Made by a program: the position numbers and the translations under genes
Shown here: one piece after another, positions 54,232 through 64,000 of the stretch
Numbering within the stretch: the stretch's first letter is position 1
How the letters are laid out: the number at the start of each line of letters is the position of its first letter
From: Eledone cirrhosa
Lineage: Eukaryota
Length of the DNA stretch: 64,000 nt
Assembly (NCBI GenBank): GCA_964016885.1
Contig: OZ024743.1
Span: 121,954,001-122,018,000 of the forward strand
Direction: 5' to 3'
The notes under the pieces: model-generated
What the model was told of the DNA's origin: nothing
The model's database searches: none
What the model saw: only the letters and a program-made list of their open reading frames with translations

Positions 54232-57149
54232 TAAATTTACAAATTGGCAGCTACAAAAAGTATATAATATAAAAAGAATAAAACTATAGTATATCAGGTT
54301 ATTAGAGCAGAAATTGGGAGAGGTGTGAAAATTGTAGACATTTGACTGAATTTTTAGATATACTTAACTACTGGAACGACAAAATTGATTTAGATCAGAA
54401 TAAAATTATTTAAATTTCTACAACAGTAGGAAACATGATTTAATTTTGCTTGTCTGGTACTAGCATGTTTATTTGATATTATAACAGATAATGTTCACCT
54501 CACCAAAGGATGATGTTTACATAATGGTAACTGATTTTGATATTTTCTGACATTTCTTTGTTCTGTAATTTGTCATGAAATCAAACCTACATCCTTAAGT
54601 TATAACTATTTTGGCATTATTACGATGCATACATTTTAGAATTTTGAAGCTATATGAGTGTCCTCTTCATTTTACATAGCAAACTGTATGGAAATTTTCA
54701 AAAGAGCAAAAATAAGTAGAAAACTCATTGCTTTAAAAAACCTCCTATACATTATATCTAGGAAAAAAGACAGGCAACTGAAATCTTGAATGATAGTAAG
54801 GAAATACTTTTATGTCATTTTTACATTTTATCTTAGTAGAAAGGAAAGTCTCCAATCAGGTGAAATCTAAGGATGGAAAATTTATCTATAGCTCTGAAAA
54901 TACAAACATTTAAACCTAGTTGATATCAATTTAGAACAACTATAATTTAGTTAATTAGACCAAACAAGCTGCTTGAATTAATAAAAGAAATATTTGTATT
55001 CATTGATTTGGATATAAAATATTCAGAACAAGTCTAGCCGAATAAATAACTTCTGTCACTCCTGTTATTTGTAACTAAGTATATGTGCTAGCTTGTATTC
55101 TGTAGTGAACACAAGGGAGTAAGAAAATCTTTAAAAACTGAGAAATAAATAGATATAAATTGTTGAAAAACTTGTTAACACTTAAGAATTTTAATCATTT
55201 GAAAACAAATTCTGAATATTCAAGATGCTAATAAAAAGCTGACATCAATAATTTTCTTAAATAAATAAATACAACAGAGTTTATGTTGCCTTCACTTCGA
55301 ATAACATATGTTGTAAATTCGAAATACAGGCAAAAAAGAGAAGAATAAATCTATGAAATATTGAATATATATATATATATGAAATATATTACTTTATTTT
55401 ATATATATATATATATGAGATATAGCAATGCGATGTTTTATAGGTGTATATATTTATGATATATGGAAATATACTCTTTTTACCTGTTCCAGCCGACTGG
55501 CTGGAGCCATGCTGGGAACACTGCCATATATATATATAAGTATAAGTATATGTATATATGTATGTACGTAGGTAGGTAGGTGTCTGTGTATGATAAACTC
55601 CTATTCATTAGACATTACACTCAGATTTTAATAACACTGAGTTTAAATCTGGCATCATTTGACAGCTTAACAGCTCATTTACAAACTAACAAAAGTACAT
55701 TTATAAATCTTACTCATACTCAGGTAATTCCTTATAATAAAGTAACTAAAATCGACTTAATATAAAAGATTCAGGTAGATTTTACTGATAAATAGTTTGT
55801 TTAAAGAGATATATCTAGACACACCTGATATTTAAAATTTGAAAAATACTAAATACAATTGTTCCAACTTTATTTGATTGGTTCAAAAATTCACGTTTTA
55901 TAGAAAAATTTAACTGATTTATTAAGATAATGCATAACAGACAACTGGAGGAATATTTTTTTATAAACTATGAAACCCATCCTTAATTTATTGTTAAATT
56001 TTCACAAGAAAGTAAAATAGGCCATAACTGCTAGATACAAATAGTTTTCTGTGAGGTAAATACTTTCTTTCAGCTCAATGATCTTTCATAAAACATCTCA
56101 CTTGGTATTAGTGACAGGTATATTTCTATTTCATTTTTAGGTCTTTATTTCTTGACTTGTTACCAACTAACTTCTTGGTGTATTAACTATATATTTAACA
56201 AATAGCCTACACAATAGTTAACATAACAGGAAAGGCTGGTATGCTGAGATATTTTCAAAATTCAGTGAAACCATTCAAGCTTGAAGTATAAAAGCAATTC
56301 AGAAAGGAATAAACTGATTAATGTAGAAAAGCTCTGGCTTAGAAGCACAATATTTGAAATGATACTCTAGTAACTGTAAAAATATGAATTGTTGAAATAT
56401 AGAACATTCTATTTCTTACGCAACCTGACATATGGTTGGATCCTAACATAAACTTTTATTTAGAGTGAACATTTGTATAATTATCAGACCATTTCCATAT
56501 TATCTCTTGTATAGCCCACTTTTATCCGATTTGTTCAGTTCAACTAAAGGTTACTGTTTATTATTTCCTCTAAAGTCAGAGATAACCAATTCTCACTATA
56601 AAATAAATACCCTTTTTAAATGTTAGCTGGATTCTAAATTAACAATCTGACATTTATAGGAATACACTGTTTATTCTCCAAATATGTTTTTTTACTATGG
56701 TATTAGGTGGAATTCAGGGTGTATAATTTTTATTTTGATGCAACTAGTTTAAATGTAATCATTTATTATGATATGGGAATGAAGTTAAATATTAAAATTT
56801 AAACTAAAACTTTCAACTACAGCAATTTAACAGAAAGACAGTGTAGGCATAATATCTAATTTTCCAAACATCATTTCAAAACAAAATTGTGTTTGGGCAT
56901 TTCTTTTTTATCCTTCATTTCATGTATGAACTAAGTGGATGAATCAAATATGTTCTTAAAATTATGAACAATATGATTGATTGATAGTACAAGTTTATAC
57001 ATGTGAAGCAGGCTACTTTTGTACAATTGTCAGGTTTTTGTAATATTAAAGTGGAGGTAATAATATATTTAGTAGATAGAGGCTGTGGATGTTAGTTTAC
57101 TGATTTGAATCGAAATGATGGTGCAACCAACTGAGCTTATCTTACTGAG

Positions 57150-58238
57150 GTAATAATAATAATAATGAAAATATTGTGTACAGTGCTCAGGTGCACTACA
57201 ACTCATCAAAAGTGTATGTATAGTACATAGGGTAATGTACAAACGTCAGGAAAATGAACAGTGCATGAGTCATGATGTGTGCATGTGTCATGATGTGTGC
57301 ATGTGTATGGAAGGGGTACATCAGGTGTAGTTTTGGTGAATTTCGGGAAGCATGAGGGTTTTAAAGGATGCAGTGTCTCGGCAGCTAACAACTGACGCAG
57401 GCACTTTGTTCCATGCTTCAGCAACTCTAAGCGTGAAAAAATGTTTCAGAAAGTCATGGCAGCTGTGCTGTTTTCTGATTTTGTAGGCATGTCCACGTGT
57501 GTTAGACACGTGGAGATCAAAAAAGGTGCTCAGGGTTGTTGTTGGCAAGCTGGTTAATAACTTTGTGGGTGTTTACCAAGTCAGTTGCCAGACATCGGAG
57601 CTTCAATGAATCCATGCCCAAGGAAGCAAGGTGTTCAGAGTATGGTAGGTGTCTGATGGAGCGTATGCGCTTGGTTGCACGTCTCTGAACAGTTTCCAGG
57701 AGGTCAATGTTCTGAGCAAGATAGGGGTTCCAGACTGATGATGCGAATTCCAAGTGTGGTCATACCATAGCTGTATACAGCTTTAAATAGATGGCTGGAG
57801 AGCGGCTAACAAAGGTCTTGCTGAGTGATGCCAAGACACCCTCGGCCTTCTTGACAATTTTAGAGACGTGCTTTGTCCAACGCAAATTGCTGCGGACAGT
57901 AATGCCCAGGTCACATTCACAAGAGGACTTCTTGATATCAGTGTTGTGGAGGGAGTATGTGGACGCTGGATTTTTCCTCCCAAAATGCATGGTGGTACAT
58001 TTGTCCACAGCCAGCTTCAGTTGCCAGTCTGTGATCCATTGCTGCATTGTGTCCAGGTCTGATTGTAGGAAAGAGTTGTAGATTTCAGGATCAGTCCTTT
58101 TGATTTCAAGGTACAGCTTGATGTCATCTGCATATTTCAGTACCGTGGCATTCTTTAAGTTGGCATCTTTGTCATTAATATATGCCACAAACAAAAGGGG
58201 ACCAAGAACAGATCCCTCTGGTACACCAGATGACATCT
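57150..58238 (-). mobile_element. 5'-truncated CR1/L2-group LINE (RT C-terminal half, 3' UTR, (ATT)n tail)
   Basis: SGVPEGSVLGPLLFVAYIND, KYADDIKLY, CDLGI, EFASSVWNP, ETVQRRATK, TRGHAYK, FFTLRVAEAWNKVP; a few stops and frameshifts. Confidence 0.93.
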
Positions 58239-58569
58239 CATATGGTGAATATAATGTGGTTAATCAATTTAATTATTCTCTGTTCCAGTCAATTAAAAAA
58301 AGAGAGTATAAAATCTAGACAAATGTAATCATTCCTGAACTTTTACTATAAATAGTAGTAATATTGATTACTTTTATCTAAAAATAGTGATAATAATAGC
58401 AATTACAGGGAGGGTCAGGTGAAAGTTGAGAGGCTTATGCTTTTCTCAAAAACATTAGCGATATAAATAAACTCAATTGCAGCTGGATTTCAGACTTAAT
58501 TTGCTAAGATTTATTGGAAAACCCATCACATTATTATTAACAATATTATCATTCTTTTTCTATATATCC

Positions 58570-58920
58570 ATTACCAGTGCCTTGACAAAGTTCTCTCCAA
58601 GTTCACCCTGTCTAGAATTGCTGTTTGAATTTCCCCTGCTTCTAACCTGGTATCATCTTCAAGAACATCCTTCAGTGTGGTGGCTGGTTTCCCAACTTGT
58701 TTGCACACATCAGGTTTCTAGAAAAGAACTCTGCCAGCAGGATCTTTTCGCATGTCCAGTTAACAAAAGTCTCCTATGCCTTATGGTGTCAGAAAGGCAA
58801 AGATGTGAGCCATAGAGTGATTTATTTGCTATGTGTGTTCTCCAGGATATGTCCTGGACCTTTTTCAGTATTCGCATAAATGTACCATTAATCCTCTTTG
58901 TGTTTTGGTTAGTGTCCATG
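58570..58920 (-). mobile_element. Degraded RTE-C-like fragment
   Basis: RINGTFMRILKKVQDISWRTHIANKSLYG...IRHRRLLLTGH parallels the 20142-20830 protein. Confidence 0.65.
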
Positions 58921-58939
58921 ATATATTATCATTACAGTA

Positions 58940-59124
58940 TTGGCAGTACCGGTAGAAGGTCGGACGCTATGCTTTGCATCAAAGAGTTACAGCCCTTTAT
59001 GGTCTGAGTTCAAATCCCGCCGAGGTTAACTTTGCCTTTCATCCTTACGGGGTCGATAAAATAAAGTACCAGTAATACACTGGGATAATTGCTGGCCTTG
59101 TGTCAAAAGTAGAAACAATTATTG
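58940..59124 (+). mobile_element. SINE family B copy
   Basis: ttggcagtaccggtagaaggtcggac...ctgagttcaaatcccgccgagg...gtagaaacaattatt. Confidence 0.85.
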
Positions 59125-59325
59125 GTACTGTAATTTGGTTTAGTATGGCATCTTCATAAGCTCATCCATTCGCACAGTCAAACTCAATTTTTTTTGCCAT
59201 GTAAAAGAGAGTAATATAAGTCTTGCTATATTCAAGAACAACGTATTTACAATATTGATTGAAACACAGAGCCAATAATCTAAAGAGATAAACTCAGTTT
59301 CAACACTGATCCTTGTTTCAGATGT

Positions 59326-59574
59326 TTAACCCTTTAGCATTTACATTACTCTATATATACTGTTGTATTTACTATTGTATTTTTGTGGTAAAGGTTTTAT
59401 CTTACATTATAGAATAATTATCTCACATAATATCGAATCTACGAGATTTTGATGTTATTTATTTTGAGAACAATACCTTAATGTCAGTATGAGTGGCCAG
59501 TTACAGTCAGTTTAAACAGAAAGAGGTGAGAGAATTCTGGCTGGATATGGCTGGTTTGAATGCTAAAGGGTTAA
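59326..59574. mobile_element. MITE family 1, best-preserved copy (piggyBac-like)
   Basis: TTAA|ccctttagcatt ... aatgctaaaggg|TTAA: perfect 12-bp TIR with TTAA target duplication. Confidence 0.9.
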
Positions 59575-60778
59575 AATAGTATATTTCTTATATTGTGTGC
59601 TTTCTTTGCTATTGTTCACAATTTTTATTTGGATGTTAACAGCACATGCTTATGAGGTTCATTTTCTGCAATATAGTAGCTATTTTCAAACTTGAGATCA
59701 GTTATGTTTCTCTATGTAAAAGTGATTTGGAAAGCCTTTAATATTTTTTTTTAAATTTCAGATAATATATCCAAATGTGAATATATAAAAAAAAAATCAA
59801 TAATGTTGTGCGTCAAGTTTGGCTATGTGGTTAAAGAGTTCACTTTGCAACCATGTGGTTTCAGGTTTAGTTCCACGCTGTGGCAACTTGGACAAGTGTC
59901 TACTATAATAGCGTTAGGAAATATATTCTCAAAGGTCTTGTCAAAGTTCATCACAAATTTTTCCAATAGAATTATTTTAGTATTTAGTACTTTTGTAACA
60001 AATATTATCGATTCCAAGTTTGAGAGCTTTTAAGTTTTCTATTAGAGAGCTACGCTTCTATGTACCACTAATAAAAATAAATTATGTCTCACTGAAGCTG
60101 CTCTTGAAATTCTATGGAAGTCATTTGTATAATCTAAACTATTTCTCCCTATTTTTTTTACCATATCTTCAAGATTATTGATGAATATAATGAAAACGGT
60201 ACTTCTAGTAGGAGTGCTGTTATGGGAGAGATTTCTTCACATTGAACATATAATTAACTTTAACTCATTGATGACAATATCTCCAATTTGAAAATAATGA
60301 AGAATTTAGAAGGATTTAGTAATATGACTAACTTCTTCATTATTAAGCTGGTGTTTAGAAAAAAAAAAAAATTCTTACATAAAATTATGATAGAAGGGTT
60401 TTATAAATTCTTTAAAATAAACACCTTTATATTGTAGAACCAGGGGCAGTTTGGTATCAAAAGGGTTAACTTTTGTAGTAGAACTAGTTTTGTTTTAGAA
60501 TAGTTATCAAGCCATTCCAGAATTATGTTCAAAATCTAGTCCACTATTGGTATCATTAACTTATACCTATAACTGAATCAATTATACCTGATTATGTAAT
60601 AGAAGACAATCTTCAGATTTGTTTCATTTGTTGTTAAATGTTGTAGTAAAGGGAAAATAATTATTTCAGGACTGCTGTTTGTTTTAATAATGTAACTAGT
60701 AGTTATTGCTATTTTAGCTTCAGCATACCATGCTTTATATATAACTAATTAGAAAATTCCATTTTATCAAGTTTTATC

Positions 60779-61225
60779 AAGTTCTTGTCTTCACTGGTGG
60801 CTCGCCTTACTGAGGTGTCAGGTGATGCCTGTGAAGGTGGCTGGTTATTTCAGCGCCTTAGCCTCGCCATCACCCGTGATAATGTTGTGAGTGTGTTGGC
60901 TTGCTTGAAAGTGTGCAGTTAACCCCCAAGGTGTGAGGTGTTGCAGATTGCCACACTTGGTGGTGAATTTCACCCCCACTTTTTTTCCTTTCCTTTATCA
61001 TTTTTGTTCATGTATTTATATTATTGTGTCATTATACATGAGTTAGACATATTTGTCCTTCTGAATAAATTGCGAGCAATTTTTGGTATTATTTACGCAT
61101 TTGTCATGTTAATTATGTATTTGTTATTTATGTATATATTTAAAACGTATTTGCAACGTTATTCTACTTTAAATTTATACAACTGTAATAACATTTTTTT
61201 ATCTTAAAAACAAAAAAAAAAAAAA
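60779..61225 (+). mobile_element. 5'-truncated CRE-clade retrotransposon: ORF end, 3' UTR, poly(A)
   Basis: KFLSSLVARLTEVSGDACEGGWLFQRLSLAITRDNVVSVLAC...* (stop ends 60922); poly(A) 61206-61225; ttttatcaa on both sides as a candidate TSD. Confidence 0.8.
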
Positions 61226-61804
61226 CTTTTATCAATTTAAAAGGGACTCAAAAGAAATTCTATTCTAAATGATGTACATGCCTTGTTAAAAATATTATTT
61301 TTAGGAAGATTGTAGAGAGAGCTTTTAAGAAATCTGTATTAAGTTTAGTTTGCTGTGTAATGAATTTCAGTCTAAAGGGTCTCAGTTTCAAATTTGCTTT
61401 AGTTGTTGTTTATCATCAGGTCATCTCTGAGTGTCTAGATTTACTATCAAAGGTATTTCAACCATGACCTATTTCAGTCTGATAAATCAACAACCACGTA
61501 GAGGTGGCTTATTCATTGGCACAGAATTTACCTTTCATTCCACTAGATCCAATAAATTAAATACTAGCCTGGCTAGTGTAATTGATTCAATCAACTGTAT
61601 CCCTCTTACTAAAATAGTCTACTGCTAAGAAAGAATAGAGAAGAAACACATTCCTGTTTTTTCTTCACAGTTTTGTTTTATGTCAAAGAATAATCTACAA
61701 ACATTAGTATTATTATAATGCAAAAGTAAATGTATGTCAAATGGAATTGGTAATATTCTTTTAGTTCCCTGCTGGTATGTCTTTCCCTATTGTACTGATA
61801 TTAC

Positions 61805-62095
61805 CATTATCATTTTACATCCGTTTCTATGCTGGCATGACTTGGACAGGTTGTTATGATCTGCAACTAGATGAGTTGAGAGAGCATGCCTTGCTCATAC
61901 ATTCTATTTTTGGCATGGTTTCTACAACTGGATGTCTTTCCAATTGCCAACCATTTTAGAGAGTGTATGGATGCATTTTATTGTAGCACCAGCACTACTA
62001 CTTTAAAGTGTGTACAGGGTGCATTTTATTGTAGTACCAGCACTACTACTTTAAAGTGTATACAGGGTGCATTTTATTGTAGTACCAGCACTCTT
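61805..62095 (-). mobile_element. Old RTE-tailed element with a 45-bp internal tandem module
   Basis: gcattttattgtag(c/t)accagcactactactttaaagtgt(g/a)tacagggt repeated about 2.5 times; tail resembles the other (GAT)n-tailed elements. Confidence 0.65.
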
Positions 62096-62879
62096 TAGAG
62101 AAGTATGAACCACCTCAAGACTTCCTATTTCCTTCTCATAACCATTATCCTCAAACAATATTTTTTTCTTATATATAAATTAATTTAGTTGTACTATTTG
62201 ATATTTTAAGCAAAAAACTAGTTTCTCATTTGAATTATAGTTAGGCTTAATTTTATTTGCTTCAAAATATTTTCTTAATTTCAAATTGAAATCAAACAAA
62301 TCAATTAATATTTTAATGAGATAAATTTAAATTGCAAACGATTTAAAAAATTGGAATGGTATATAGAAGTAAAATACCTAAACTATTAAAGCAAGTCTTG
62401 AAATATGTTCATTTTAATTAATTTTGCCATATTTTCTAGTTCAATAAAGAAAAAATAAACAAGATGAAAAAACTTACCTGTGTAAATTGCCAAAAACAAA
62501 TTTGAAGAAAGCTAACTAAAATTTCATTTTTACTTTCTATTTTTTTTTAAGATATACATGTGAATTATTTTAAAAAGTAAAGTCTTCATTTTGTGTTTTA
62601 TTTAATTTAATTGTGTGTATGTGTACTTCATGCTAGTTTCTTAAACATATGAAATAAAACTTCCCTTCAATAGATTGCTAGTCTATCATAAGTATTCAAC
62701 CCCTCCATCCATCAGAAAAAATGTGCCTATATTCGAGTTTAGTAAATCTAGAAGTTATATCAAGTATACATACACGTTTAGGTATACAAATGAGGAAAAT
62801 AATACTCAATGCATGTAGAAGAGTTTAAATATTTGTTCAAAACTAATCATACACTCTGTCACTCATCAGAGCTTTTGAT

Positions 62880-63178
62880 TATGTGTGCTCCACTGAGCAA
62901 GAAAAAAATTCTTTTTGTTGCCTGAAGGAAACACATAGTGAGAATCTGAGAAATGATGCAGTGAATGATCAGTTTCAAATGAATAACTACACATATGAAC
63001 ATATATAGATCAGATCACAGACAGTTCAAGCTGAACCAAAACTAATGTGTAATTTATGTGGATGTCTTTTTAAAAGTATGTCTGGTCTAAAAGGTCACAT
63101 AAGATCTCATATCAGAACTGAGCATCATATATATATATACTGAAGTGGTCAAGATTTGTATCGAGAAGACAACCAATA
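62880..63178 (+). mobile_element. Degraded BovB/RTE-type C-terminus with single C2H2 zinc finger
   Basis: 63042-63125 reads LMCNLCGCLFKSMSGLKGHIRSHIRTEH; upstream frames broken. Confidence 0.5.
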
Positions 63179-63200
63179 ATATATATATATATATATATAT

Positions 63201-63547
63201 GCTTTTTGTGAAAATCAGACATATGGAACTATTGTCATCTTGCCTGATGGTTTGAACTTTACAACACCACCTGCCTCTTTGAGGTCAAATACCAACCCTA
63301 CTAGCATCTATAAACTGACCAATGAGAATTAAGATTATTCCTGCTGACAACATTAAATTATTCCTAACAAGCTCATATGTCCCAAGGCTCTGATACAATC
63401 AACACCATAAACACAGAACTGGCATATCTAAGAACTGACTAACTGCCTGATGAGGTCATAGCCACTCAATGGCTATCATCGAAATATATATAGCAGTAAA
63501 TAAAGGATTATGAGTTCATGCAATTGACTTATGTTTCGTCACTTTCT
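63201..63547 (+). mobile_element. Penelope-like element 3' remnant
   Basis: Begins at a (TA)n edge, reads ...TIVILPDGLN (resembles the PxGLN motif ending PLE GIY-YIG domains), then a hammerhead and AATAAA. Confidence 0.6.
63442..63497 (+). ncRNA. Minimal type I hammerhead ribozyme, intact core
   Basis: actgc-CTGATGA-ggtcatagcca ctcaa tggctatcatc-GAAA-tatata-TA-gcagt; stem I 5 bp, stem II 10/11 pairs, palindromic stem III; AATAAA at 63499-63504. Confidence 0.85.
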
Positions 63548-63878
63548 ATCATCATTTCATTTTACGTCCACTTTTCCCTGCTTGCAAGGGTGGGACGGGA
63601 ACTGATTCTGGTTTGATTTCTACAGCTGGATGCCCTTCCTAACACCAACCTCATTTACAGTGAGTGCTGGGTGCTTTTTTGCCGTGGCACCTCCACGACC
63701 ACTTTGCAGTGGAATGATAGGGATCCCAGTCCCTATCATCTCATTTCTACAGCTGAGTAAACTGGAGCAATGTGAAATAAAGTGTCTTGCTCAAGGAAAC
63801 AACACATTATCCGGTCTGAGAATTGAACTCACAACCTTTCGATTGCAAGGCCAATGCTCTAACCACTAAGCCATGTGC
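63548..63878 (-). mobile_element. SINE family A copy
   Basis: Near-identical to 15776-16117. Confidence 0.9.
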
Positions 63879-64000
63879 ATATATATAAAATCATTCATGA
63901 TTATGTTGTTGTTACAGCTCACACCTGCACAGGTTGTGTCTCACAGGAGGTTTCTTTGGTATTTAACCCTTTAATGTTCAAAAGGGCCAGCATTCTCTAC

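Noticed and set aside
62478-62515. Possible minus-strand exon with strong CAG/gtaagt donor
   Set aside because: The acceptor lacks a polypyrimidine tract and the peptide is uninformative.
63042-63125. Host C2H2 zinc-finger gene
   Set aside because: Single finger without TGEKP linkers in broken frames; fits a LINE C-terminus better.

Overview
AT-rich, repeat-dense eukaryotic DNA. The SINE/RTE repertoire and microsatellite load suggest an octopus-like mollusc (inference). Bases 1-13080 are a 61-bp tandem satellite with 35-mer and 73-mer higher-order duplications; all its giant ORFs are artefacts. The rest appears to be intronic sequence of a minus-strand gene that the ORF track does not resolve. 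Exons at 36047-36168, 24031-24174 and 23082-23174 splice in frame, and the last two encode the first part of a PH domain. The introns hold several RTE-clade LINE fragments embedded in (TA)n tracts, their partner tRNA-SINEs, a CR1/L2-type fragment, three CRE-clade endonuclease remnants, a deleted Helitron, piggyBac- and mariner-type MITEs and foldback elements. The most notable hidden signal is three unrelated type I hammerhead ribozyme motifs (15625-15722 +, 29093-29143 -, 63442-63497 +). Each has a minimal or palindromic stem III and a downstream polyadenylation-like signal, the signature of Penelope-like element ends. All calls were made by eye and no database searches were run.
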